In this document: one piece after another, positions 52,868 to 64,000 of the stretch
Layout of the letters: each line of letters starts with the position of its first letter
Numbering within the stretch: position 1 is the first letter of the stretch
Assembly (NCBI GenBank): GCA_000004695.1
Contig: CM000152.2
Coordinates: 2,720,001 to 2,784,000 of the forward strand
Source of the DNA: Dictyostelium discoideum
Lineage: Eukaryota
DNA: 64,000 nt
Direction of reading: 5' to 3'
Made by a program: the position numbers and the translations under genes
The notes under the pieces: generated by a model
The model's database searches: none
Seen by the model: only the letters and a program-made list of their open reading frames with translations
What the model was told of the DNA's origin: nothing

Positions 52868-54570
52868 ATTACTAGAATATAATTGATTTCCTTTTGGTGT
52901 AAAATAAGTAACATCATCTAATGTAATACTATCACCATTATTTAAAGATATATTACCAGATGAGCCAGTATTGATAATGGCATCATTATTGTGTGTTTGT
53001 GCTACCTTTTCATTTAATTTGGTGATATCAGCATCTAAAGAAACATCTTCCATAATTTTTTTACATACTTCAATCATTGATGAAATACGTGAAATATAAC
53101 CAGATAAATCTGAAATACTTTGAGAAACATTAATATATTGACTAAATCCACTGGCCAACATAATACAATTATATGATTGCTAATTGATTAAAAAAAAAAA
53201 ATTAATTAACTTTTTTAAATAATTAAGATATATATTATTAATATAACTACTTACAACTGTAACATCACCAGGTTGTAATACAGATTTATTATTTAAAAAG
53301 AATACTGGTATTGCAATAATAAAATAATTTGCTATTGGACTTAAGTATGTAAATAAATCAGATGTTGCTTTTTTAAAAAATAATAAATAGGTTAATATAA
53401 AAAAAAAAAGAAATTTATCTTTATAATTATAATAATAAAAAAAAATAAAAAAAGAAACTTACTATTTAAACCAAGTTGCCAAAAAATTACTCTTTTTTTA
53501 TTTTTTAATAAAGCTTCAAATTGAATTTTAGCTTGTTCTTCTTCAACTAATAATTCTTCTTTTTGATCATTTGAATCACCTGATAATTTATCAATAAAGT
53601 CATTAATTTTCTTTGATGTTGAATTTTTATTTTTATAATATTGAGAACCTTTATTCTTTTTTCTATTTATAATTGTTGTTGATTCATCACAAGATTGATC
53701 AGAATCATCAGATTCATATCCATGATCATAATCATTATTGTCAAATCTCTTTTCAGGATGTTGCTTTTCTTTTGATAAACTATAGAGTGCAATTGATTCA
53801 GAGAAATTTCTAATTCTTTGATGAAGTGACCTAAAATCACCTTCTAATTTATCTTGAAGATAATTAATTGATACCATTGGTGACATTACTAATTTATTAA
53901 TGAGATAACCTAAAAAGAAGAAACCATAAACAATCAATGGAGCATACCAATCGATTGTAGTATAACATAAATATGTATAATAAACCACTACCATTGGACC
54001 AGTGATACATTGAGATACAATTGACGCTAATAGTGTTGTGAAATTATCAATATCAGATGTTATACGTTGATCTGGATTATCAATTCTATCATCAAATGCT
54101 AATATCTTGTAGAATAATGATTTTTTGAAATAAACATTTTGAATGTATAAACATAAAGTTTTCCTCCAATTCCATGCCATTATACTAACGATGAAATTAA
54201 TGATTGCAGCCAACAATGCACTACCACCAATTGCAAAACCTGCTTTTAAAACTGATGATAAGAAAAAAACTTTATCACCACTTGTAAATGATGCATAAAT
54301 ATCTGCTAATAAAATACCTGTGAACTTTGAAACATAAGTTTGTGCAAATCCATTACCAAATAATATTAAAAATAAAGTTAATGGAATCACAGGTTTAGCA
54401 TATAAAATTTTTATAATATTTATAAATCTCTTAAATAATGCCCAATCAAATTTATTTTCTTTAATTTTTTTTAATCTTTCATCATTTTGATTATAATTAT
54501 TTTTTATTTTAATTTCTTCATCTGTATTATTAATATTATTATTATTATTTTTTACATTTGTAGTTTTCAT
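52102..54570 (-). CDS. ABC transporter D-family half-transporter, tandem copy B. Exons 53463..54570 (alternative upstream ATG at 54597), 53255..53367, 52873..53179, 52102..52754
   Basis: Same exon structure and phases as copy A. The NBD exon is near-identical at nucleotide level to copy A, while the N-terminus and linker (DYDHGYESDDSDQSCDES) diverge. Confidence 0.8.
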
Positions 54571-55436
54571 CTTTATTTTTAATAATAATAAAAACAAATA
54601 ATTGTATTATTTAAATTTTACTATTTTTAATAAAGATATGAAAAATAAAAAAAATGAAAATGAAACTAAAAATAAAAAAAAAAAATGAAAATAAGAAAAA
54701 AGTTTGTTTGGTCAGTGTTATTATTTTTTTCACACACTAATTTTTAATGATAATTTGTGAAAAAAAAAAAAAAAATCTGAATGATCATGAATATTTGCAT
54801 TTAATTTGGTACTGAAAACTTGTGTATACAGTCAACAAGGAATTGTTTTTCGTTTTTTTTTTAAAATGAAAAATGGTAAAAACATTTTTTTTTTTTTTTT
54901 TTGGCAATGACTGTTTCAGATATTTTTAACTTTTCAAATTACTTTTTTTATAAATACCATAATAACTTCATCTTACCTAATTAAAAATAATTAATATTAA
55001 TATATATTTTTTTAGATAATGAATCAACCATACAATTATTATCATAATCGTAATCATAATTAATTTCCTTTTTTTTTTTTTTTTAATTCTAAAAAAAGAT
55101 TTTTATTTTTATTTGAATTTAATTTTCATGCGGTATGAGAATTTAAAGTTGGAATTAGAAATTAATTTGGATAGAGGAATGGATATACAAAAAAAAAAAA
55201 AAAAAAAGAAATTTAATAAAATACAGAATATTTCTTTAATAATTATTTTTTATTAATTTTATTTAATACTGATGCATTTAAATATTTAAAATTAAATTGA
55301 AAATTTCTTTTTTTTTTTTTTTTTGAAATTTAATTTGTTATTAACTGTTTTAAACTAATATATTGTATATACATTTTATGATTTTATTTTTATTATTATT
55401 AATTTTTTTTTTTTTTTTTTTGATATTAATTATCTT

Positions 55437-55533
55437 TTACTTCTTGTCATTAACAATACGATCCAATGTTGCTGTCAAATTGGTATCTTGGAATCTAAAA
55501 CCGTAGTCCAATAATCTAAAAAATTTTATATTT

Positions 55534-55580
<47 letters not shown>

Positions 55581-56753
55581 TTAATAAATAAAATTATATT
55601 ATTATCATTATTATTATTATAATACATACTTTCTTGGTAATACTCTTTGACTAGATAAAACGGTTTCTTCAGACATATCTTTACCTAACAAATAACGTAA
55701 TGGAGTTTCAGGTATCCAAAAGATAGTTGGTCTATTTAATACAGTTCCTAATGTTTTAGTGAATTCATAGTTTGTGGCTGGATTAATTGAGACTACATTA
55801 ATTGGACCTTGGACTTGTTCATTTTCAATTGCAAACTTAATGACACCTATAGCATCTCTTAAACTAATCCATGGTAAATATTGTTTACCACTGCCAATAA
55901 CGCCACCCAATCCAAATAAAAATGGATAATACATTGATCCCAACAATCCACCTGCTTTATCCATAACCAAACCAATTCTTAAATTTACAATTCTAGTTGG
56001 TTTAACTGATTGTGTACCGACACCACCAACACCACCACCAGCAACAACTTCAACTTCACCATTACTACTAATTGTTGAATTAGTATTTTGATTTAAAATT
56101 TGTTGATTATGTTTTCTAAGTGGGTCACAGCTTTGTTCCCATTTTTCAACGACGTCAGAAAAGAAACCACTACCTTTTGGAGAATATTCATCTACGGGAT
56201 CATAAACATTACTACCATAATAGGTGCAACCAGATGCAGAAATGAATACTTTTGGTGGATTTGAAATTGAAGATAATGCTTCACATAAAGTGGTTGTACC
56301 TTTAGTTCTACTCTCCAAGATCTTTCTTTTCTTTTCTTCTGTCCAAATTCCTAATATATTCTCACCGGCTAAATGAATTACAACATCTGGTTGTAATGAT
56401 TCTAATGATTCTTTATCAATGAATTGTTTATCTGGATTCCATTCAATTTCATACATTGACGTTGGTGTTTTTCTAACTAATTTATAAATTTCATATTTCG
56501 TATCAGTATTACTATTATTATCATTTCCTTCAGTTAATGTTTTGGTTAATGCATTTCCAATGAAACCACTTGCACCTGATATTAAAACTTTTTTAACATT
56601 TTGATTTTGATTTTGATTTTGATTCATTCTTGAAATTTTAGTATTTTTGTTATTATTATTATTATTATTATTAATACTATTATTGAAATTAATATTTGGT
56701 ATTGCAAGACCAGTAATGCTGACACCTATTAAAACTGCTGCAAATCTTTTCAT
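55437..56753 (-). CDS. SDR39U1 / YfcH-type NAD-dependent epimerase family protein (TIGR01777-like with DUF1731 C-terminus). Exons 55630..56753 and 55437..55515
   Basis: N-terminal signal/TM segment; Rossmann motif VLISGASGFIGNAL; ...VIHLAGENILGIWTEEKKRKILESRTKGT...VFISASGCTYYG...LRIGLVMDKAGGLLGSMYYPFLFGLGGVIGSGKQYLPWISLRDA...GPINVVSINPATNYEFTKTLGTVLNRPT...SSQRVLPRK|LLDYGFRFQDTNLTATLDRIVNDKK*. GTATGT donor (phase 2), TTTAG acceptor. Confidence 0.75.
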
Positions 56754-56932
56754 TATAAAAAAAAAAAAAAAAAGTAAAAAATTTTTATAGAAAAAAAAAA
56801 AATAAATTAAAAAAAAAATTGTGGGAAAAAATTAAATAAAAATTAAAATAAATAATTATTTAGTTTATGTGTTTTACAATGATGTTATTGTTTTTTGTTT
56901 ATTTAAAAAAAAAAATAAAAAAAAAAAATTTT

Positions 56933-56967
<35 letters not shown>

Positions 56968-57161
56968 AAATTTAATTTAAAACAAATTGAAATGTCATTA
57001 TTGAAAAAATAAAATTTTATTTTAAAAATCTTTAGATATTTTTAAAAATATCAAAAATATCTAATAGGTGTCACAATCTGTTTTTCAAAAAAAAAAAAAA
57101 TTTTTTTTATTATTTTATTTTATTTTATTTTATTTTTTTTTTTTTAATTTTTTTTTTTACA

Positions 57162-59633
57162 TTATTTTGGTAAAGTGATTAAAGAAATAATAGATAAAAT
57201 GATTAATGATAATAATGAAATTGGTTGTGATGATAATGATCCAAAAGATCCATCATGACCATTTTCTTCAGAGGATGTGGTGTTTGTGGTAGTTGGAGTT
57301 TTAATATATTCTATTTGATCAGTGAATATTAAACCACCAACATTGATTGAAATTTGATATTTACCAACTGATGGAACTGATGGATAAGATGAAATTGTTA
57401 AACTTTGAGGAGTTACAGATTTAACAATACATTGTATACCATTAATACTTACAAAAACAATCTTTGAATTTGTAGTACCAAATTCACCATCAAATGTGAC
57501 TGTCACCAAACTACTACTACCACTAATATTCAATTTATTATTTGATAAAGATGAAATTGAAATTGATTTATATAAATAAAAAGTAACGATATTTGATACT
57601 TGATTACCAACATTAATAGATACATTAAATTCATCACCAATTAACATTGAATCAATTGGATTATTAATTTCACCACCATCATCTATGAATGAAATTGAAG
57701 AGGAGTAACCATTACCACTTGGTTGCTCATCAGCAGTAGCAATTGTAAATTTATATGATACTCCATTAAGTGTAATACTATTATTATTTATAAAACTAAA
57801 TCCATTACCATTTAAATAAAATTTTGAATCATTTCCAAATGAATAACTTGTAATTACTGGTATCTCATAAGAATATGTAAATGTTTGAGAGAATTTAAAT
57901 TGGTATCCAAAGTTTGCAATAAATGTTTTATTTGATCCTTCACCTTTTGGAATTGATAATGTTATTTCATTATTTGGTATTGTAATTAATAAAGTTACAT
58001 TATCATTATTACCAGATGGTAAACTAAAATCCCAACCAAAATCTTTACCTTTAATAGTAATAATAGTTGAACCATCAGTTTTAACAATTTTATTATAATC
58101 TAATGAGAAATTAAAAGTTTCACAATTGGTTGGTAATGATTTTTCATTAAAATCAGTAAATTGATTTGGTAATAGATTCTTTGTAATTGTATAATTTGCA
58201 CCCATACAACTAAAACATGTTGGAATTTCACCTGTTAATTCATTGTAACTTAATGTTGGATATTTTGATTTATAGAATTGACAATACCCTTCTGGTATAC
58301 TACCAATTAAAACATTATCTTGAAAATCTAATCTTGTAGTTGAATAATTAATATTACTACTATCACCACCTTCGTTTGTTGGTAATTCTTGTTCAAAATC
58401 ATTATTTTGCATTTTCATATAAGTAACATTTGTAAAATCAATATTTTTAATATTAAAATCACAACCAATAACTGAAATTCCTGATTTTTTTGGTAATTTC
58501 AAACATGGTTTTGAAATACAATTTGAAATTAAATCACATCCATTTGAAAAGTAACTAAATTAATTGAGTTTTTAAAAAAAAGAAAAAAATATTAGATTTT
58601 ATTTTTTTAAAATTTTTCAAATTTTAAATTAAATTATTTAAAAAAACTTACATAAAAAAGGTTTCTGGTAAATTTGAAAAATCAGTATATTTAAATGATG
58701 GATTTAAAATAAAACCTTTACCGGTAATATGAAAATCATTTAAAGTTGTTAAATTTGTAATTGATTGTTCAAAATTCCATAATTGAGAATTTGAATCATC
58801 TCCAAAGTTTATAAATGTAATATAAAGTGTTTGTAATTTATTAAATGGTTGAAAAGTTGGGAAACTGTAATTCTTATAACCAATTTCAGTAATATCATTA
58901 TTAAATGATAATCTTAAAGATGTTAAACTTTTTAAAGCTGATCCTGCATTACTTGGAAAAGGAGAATAGTATCCTAAAAATGTACTAAACCTTTTTAAAG
59001 CTACATTTTCCGGTAATAAACTTGGTAATGAAAATCCATACCCAATTCCTAAAATATTAAATACCTCAATTGATCCACTAAAAATATTACTTGGAATTGG
59101 AACATTAATAAATGTGAATGTAACTTGATTTAAATTTATTGGTATAATAATATCATTTGGAATTGGTATTGATTCATTATAAATATAACTAATAATAATA
59201 AAAATAATAATTAGTAATGATAATTAAATAAATAAAAAAAGCACAGACACACTTACATTGATGCTTTATTATAAAAATTTGGTAAAGTATTAAATAAACT
59301 TGAATCTAAAATAATACCGTCTCCAATTAAAATATAAGTAGCATTCTTAAATACTGAAAAGTTGGCATTTGTTATTATCGATAGTGTATCGTTATTCTTT
59401 TTTAAACCTAATTGTGTGATTGTATAGATTCCTGTATTCACACCATCATTAATTAATTTACATGTAAACATATTATTATCTAAACATGGGTCCGTTGTAT
59501 TTTTTTGATAAATTTGGTAATATAAATCTTTTGCCATTTCCATTTGATCTGATGGAAGTGGTTTTGTTTGTGAATTACATTTTAAAATAAATGTAAAAAA
59601 AATAATTAATAAAAATAAATAATTTTTTTTCAT
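57162..59633 (-). CDS. Cell-surface protein with signal peptide, leucine-rich-repeat-like region, IPT/TIG-like Ig-fold domains and GPI-anchor signal. Exons 59257..59633, 58652..59188, 57162..58554
   Basis: MKKNYLFLLIIFFTFILKCNSQ signal. Middle exon with LRR-like periodicity (L..L.L..N.I....F..L..L). Last exon with Cys-bounded domains and beta-rich repeats (ITIKGKDFG, VTFDGEFGT.NSKIVFVSINGIQC.V) typical of IPT/TIG. C-terminus ...GSLSSQPISLLSLIILSIISLITLPK*. GTAAGT donors at both introns. Confidence 0.6.
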
Positions 59634-60283
59634 TTTTTTTTTTTTTTTTTTATTTCTTTATTATTATTTTTTTATTATTATATTTAAAAAATTAGTAAAA
59701 TAAAATAAAGTATAAAAAAAAAAAAAAAAAAAGTCTTTTTAAATTTTATTTTTATATTTGAGTGTGAAGTTATCCAATACCAAAATAACCTAAAAGAAAT
59801 ATCAAATTAATCTTCTAGAATAGAATTATTTTTTTTTTTTGGGTTGTTTGCATTATTTTAATAATAAAAACCTTTTTATTTTTTAAAAAACTTACTTTTT
59901 TCTATGTTCACCATACTTGCATCATTTCTTTAATACCAAAAAAATATTGTCGAAACACAAATTAGTGTTAAGATGGACATTTTTTTTTAATAAAAAATAA
60001 AAAATAGATATTTGATTAAAATTTTAATGTTTTCCCAATAAAATTATATTTGCATAAAAGAAATTTTTTAAAAAATAAATTAAATAAAAAAAAAAAAAGT
60101 GATCAAAAAATCCGTTTTTTTTTTTTTTCGTTTTTATTAAAAAAAAAAGACTATCTTAACTCAAAATTAATAATCTATAAAAAAAAAAAAAAATTAAAAA
60201 AAAAAAAATTAATATATATTTTTTTTTTTTTAATAAAAAACTAATTCTATTTATTATTAAATACCACAAAAATACACAAATGA

Positions 60284-60326
<43 letters not shown>

Positions 60327-60825
60327 AATGGAAAATAATTAAATAATTAAATTCTGAAATTTTTAATAAAAAATAAGATGAGCATTCTTATTAAAAAAAA
60401 AAAAAATATTTTCATTTTTATTTAGAAATAGTAGAAATTAAGTTCCAATCCGATATTACGTAATGTTTTGAAAAGCAATTTAAAAAAAAAAATTGAAAAA
60501 TAAAGAAATTGATTTATTAATTTATTAATGATTTTAATGGATATATATATTAAGGGGGTGGAAAAAAAATCAAAAAGTAAATAAATAATTTGAAATGGAT
60601 AATTTTTAAACAAAAAATTTATTAAAATTATCTATTTCCAACTATTTATTTACTTTTTCTATTTTTTCCGTACCCCTTAATATCTGGCAAAGTAATGCCT
60701 TTTTTTTTTAACATTTTCGTTTATTATTGCCAAAAGCAAAAATTAATTTTTTTTTTTTATTTTTTTATTTTTTTATTTTTTTTTTTTTTTTATTTTTTTT
60801 TATTAATAGGTTTGTATGTGGGTGA

Positions 60826-61737
60826 ATGGAATTTTTAAAACATTACGAAGATGATGAAGATCAAGATGATGAAAATAACACTAAAGATGAAAATGTAAAT
60901 AAAATAAATAAAAGACAACATTTTGAAATTGAAAATGTTATTGATGAAATTCCAGATTTACCATTATCTTTTTTTGAAAACTTCAAGAAAATCAAACATT
61001 ATTCATCTGAAATTATTGATGAAACAAATAAAAAAACAAGATTATTTGAACATGTTGAAGGTAATTACCCAACATTCATTTATTTTAAAGGTAAGATATA
61101 TATATTTTTTTTCTCAACAAATAATGTATATATATACTAATTTATTTTTTTTGTTATTATTATTATTGAGTAAGTTCCAACTAAAAGTAGAAATGATATA
61201 AAAGAATTAATTGAACAAGTTAAAGAGATTGGTAATGAAATTAATATTAAACAAGATACTGAAACTTGTTTTCACATTTCAATTTCTAGAACATTTCCAA
61301 TAAGAGAACATCATATTGAAACATTTACACAAGAACTAAAGAAAACATTAAAGAATCAAAGATCAATTGATATTCAACTATCAAAAGAATGTTGTGTATT
61401 TATAAATGATAATCAATCTAGAATATTTCTATCAATACCAATTAACCAATCTTTTAAATCAAACATTTTAAAATTAATTGAAAGAATTGATTCATGTTTA
61501 TCATTATTTAAATTTCCAAAATATTATGATAACCCTGAACCACATTTATCAATTTCATGGTCATTAATTACTAATAATAATAATGAAACTAATGATGAAA
61601 ATATTAATTATATACCCTTAAATAAATTTAAAAATAAAGAAATAATAAGAGATAATTTAAAATTAACAGATTCATTTAAAGTTTCAAGAATATTTTGGAA
61701 TATTGGTAAAACTGAATCATTTATAGATTTACAATAA
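60826..61737 (+). CDS. usb1: U6 snRNA phosphodiesterase Usb1/Mpn1 (2H phosphoesterase, HVSL family). Exons 60826..61090 and 61175..61737
   Basis: Two H-x-S motifs, CFHISISRT and EPHLSISWS, spaced about 75 residues apart as in Usb1. Acidic N-terminus. GTAAGA donor, TAAG acceptor. Confidence 0.75.
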
Positions 61738-61829
61738 AAAAAAAAAAAAAAAAAAAAAAAATAGAATTATTTAATTAAAAAATTACTTTTTTTTTTTTTT
61801 ATTTTTTTTTTATTTTTTATTTTTTATTA

Positions 61830-64000
61830 TTAACAAACATGAGACCATAATTCAATTGGTGTTGGTGGTTCTTGAGGTTTAATTGTTCTATTATTAATAG
61901 GGTAAGGGAATTGTGGAGAATCTTCATACATGAAAATTAATTTAAAAGCTTTTATATGTTTTTGTGGTGGAATAGTGCCGTACCAATTCCATTCTCTACA
62001 AATATATCTACCATAGTATAATCTTTTATCACGATGATTTAAACCTTGTAAGTTCATTAAATACTTTCTCCATCTTTGAGTTGGGAAAGTGGATGAGATA
62101 AGTCTTGGTCTATCATAGGTGATCTCTCTTTTGGTGGAAACATCAATTTCTGTACCATCGACTAATACAGCTGGATGAACTAACCAACCATTATCTTTTG
62201 AAGGATGTGGTGAAAACATTGACCAATACTGCTCAACTTTAAATGCAGGTCCAATCCATTTATAACTTGCTGAAACGTCATAACTAAAATATCCAGCACA
62301 ATTCCAATTTATAATGAAAACCAACATAATTAAACAAAATAATTCAATATACCATTTTCTAGTTGATACAATTGCTTTCTTTGGATAAATGAAATTGGTT
62401 GCTTTAAACATTGGATTCTCTTTACTATTTAAAAACCAACTTCTTGAAACTAACCAACTATAAAATTCTTTAAAATATTTACGATTAAAAATCCAAAAAT
62501 TTAAATATTGAATTGGTGTTGGTGATAAACTAATCAATGTTAAAAATGCATCATAACCAAATACTCTTTCACCTGTAATTGAACTTTCAATTGCAAACCA
62601 ATAATTCTTTTCTTTAAAATCATTATAAATATTATTATTATTATTTATTCCAATATTATTTATAAAATCTTCTTCTTCATCATCATTATTTTGTTGATTT
62701 TGATAATTATTATTATTATTATTATTATTAATTTGTGGTGGTTGTGAAATTAAAATTGGAGTTGAATGTAATAAAAAGAATTGTTTAAATATTGATAACC
62801 ATTTATATATTGAATCATTTGTATTTGAATTTATCCAAATTTGAGCAGTTGTACGATGAGCACTTAAAGAGTTTGAATAAAAGTAATTGAAAAGTTTATC
62901 CCAAAACCATGATGGAAGGAATATTAATGAACAAATTCCTGGTATATACATAAAGAAACCCAATTCTAAACAAGAACCAAATCCAAAATGCATACACCAA
63001 AATCCAATAACACCAATGGTTCTAATTGGACCATGAAATTTTCTCCATGGTATAAAGAATAAGAATACACCAATCCATTCATATCTAATTGTAAACCAAG
63101 TTAAAAATTGACCTAATCCAATGAATTGACGTAACCAAATTCCAAGTGGTGTTGCAAATTGATCTAAATGTAAAGCGTACCAAACTGCACTATTTTCAGC
63201 CCACCATTCTGGATCTGTTTTTAATGCTGCTGTCAATATATATACAAGACAAAATTGTAATTGAATTCCAATTGAACCAATCGACAATACATATTTTCCA
63301 TCAGAATCTGTGGTTGGTATATATCTATTGATGAAACTATCTATACGATTTGTAACAATATTGTTGTTTGATAAACTATTATTAACAATCGGTGAATAGG
63401 TAACGGATTTTGGTGATAAACAATTTGATTTCTTATTTGTATAATCTAAATTTACCAATGAATCAATTGAGAATTTTGCACCCAATGGTAGAAACATTGC
63501 CCAAAATAAAAATAATCTAAAGAAATCATCACCACCATTTAAAACGTATGGATTTCTTGTATGTAATGATGTCATAAATATCCAACATGCTACACTTGAT
63601 ATTCTACTTTTAAATCCTACAAACATTGAACATGCAAATAATGCATTTACTATAAATAATAATTTTGCAAACCAAACAGTTGGATTAAGGAAATATAATG
63701 ACCAATAGTATGAATTTGAATCCAATACTACATTTGATGGTAAAACTCCAAAATCTGAATAATGGTCTCTTAAATATAATGCTCTAACATATAAATCTAA
63801 TATAATCAACAATGCTAAACCCATTCTTAATGCTGCACAACTTCTGATATCAACTCCAAATATCATTATAAAAAGGTCTACTATGAAATTCTTTTGCTCT
63901 AATTTAAAATTACCACTAATAATTCCAATATTATTATTATTTGTATGATTATTACTATTACTACTTGATAGTATAGGTGATGATGTTAATGATGTATTTA
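61830..64000 (-). CDS. Vitamin-K-dependent gamma-carboxylase-like (HTTM) / lipase-maturation-factor-like multi-pass membrane protein, 3' part; CDS continues beyond window end
   Basis: A single open frame from 64000 down to a stop at 61830. The N-terminal part DIRSCAALRMGLALLIILDLYVRALYLRDHYSDFGVLP resembles the first helix of the horizontally transferred transmembrane (HTTM) domain, which I recognise only at family level. Multiple hydrophobic segments, then a large C-terminal soluble domain (...YWSMFSPHPSKDNGWLVHPAVL...). Confidence 0.5.
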   Translation of the reverse strand, partial: NTSLTSSPILSSSNSNNHTNNNNIGIISGNFKLEQKNFIVDLFIMIFGVDIRSCAALRMGLALLIILDLYVRALYLRDHYSDFGVLPSNVVLDSNSYYWSLYFLNPTVWFAKLLFIVNALFACSMFVGFKSRISSVACWIFMTSLHTRNPYVLNGGDDFFRLFLFWAMFLPLGAKFSIDSLVNLDYTNKKSNCLSPKSVTYSPIVNNSLSNNNIVTNRIDSFINRYIPTTDSDGKYVLSIGSIGIQLQFCLVYILTAALKTDPEWWAENSAVWYALHLDQFATPLGIWLRQFIGLGQFLTWFTIRYEWIGVFLFFIPWRKFHGPIRTIGVIGFWCMHFGFGSCLELGFFMYIPGICSLIFLPSWFWDKLFNYFYSNSLSAHRTTAQIWINSNTNDSIYKWLSIFKQFFLLHSTPILISQPPQINNNNNNNNYQNQQNNDDEEEDFINNIGINNNNNIYNDFKEKNYWFAIESSITGERVFGYDAFLTLISLSPTPIQYLNFWIFNRKYFKEFYSWLVSRSWFLNSKENPMFKATNFIYPKKAIVSTRKWYIELFCLIMLVFIINWNCAGYFSYDVSASYKWIGPAFKVEQYWSMFSPHPSKDNGWLVHPAVLVDGTEIDVSTKREITYDRPRLISSTFPTQRWRKYLMNLQGLNHRDKRLYYGRYICREWNWYGTIPPQKHIKAFKLIFMYEDSPQFPYPINNRTIKPQEPPTPIELWSHVC

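Overview
This window is AT-rich (~75-80% A+T) eukaryotic nuclear DNA with the hallmarks of Dictyostelium discoideum: coding poly-N/poly-Q/poly-H tracts, short AT-rich introns with GTAAGT/GTATGT donors, (AAT)n/(ATT)n microsatellites and poly(A)/poly(T) runs in intergenic DNA. Two predicted products match my recollection of known D. discoideum proteins: the mitochondrial NDP kinase (ndkM) and myosin light chain kinase A (mlkA). No prokaryotic, phage or CRISPR features are present; the (ATT)n arrays are plain microsatellites. I could not identify an intact retrotransposon or DNA transposon.

About 24 protein-coding genes are supported from the sequence:
- a GH63 MGH1-like glycosidase (5' part, runs off the window start);
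- an SLC17/sialin-like MFS transporter;
- a PAS-containing hybrid histidine kinase with a large His/Asn-rich insert;
- a PLAT-less lipoxygenase;
- ndkM;
- two tandem BCP-type peroxiredoxins;
- two paralogous secreted, probably GPI-anchored proteins flanking a third secreted protein;
- mlkA;
- an Eco1/ESCO acetyltransferase;
- a mitochondrial-type ABCB half-transporter;
- RNase P/MRP subunit Rpp40;
- a PH-domain protein;
- mitoribosomal protein mL41;
- two tandem ABCD half-transporters;
- an SDR39U1 epimerase;
- an LRR/IPT surface protein;
- the U6 snRNA phosphodiesterase Usb1;
- a vitamin-K-carboxylase-like/lipase-maturation-factor-like multi-pass membrane protein (runs off the window end);
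- two lower-confidence hypothetical membrane proteins.

Non-coding features: two base-for-base identical U1 snRNA genes in inverted orientation about 24 kb apart, each with a DUSE-like promoter motif at about -60; a tRNA-Val(AAC) gene with a downstream ex-B box; several microsatellites; and an unusual cluster of perfect palindromes between the paralogous surface-protein genes.

The most notable inferences are a 7-nt microexon required to keep the ndkM reading frame, an apparently non-canonical GT..AT intron in one peroxiredoxin, and the 4.4-kb gene-free block between the histidine kinase and the lipoxygenase. All coordinates come from manual reading, so splice junctions are best estimates; the gene-level calls are firmer than individual exon borders.
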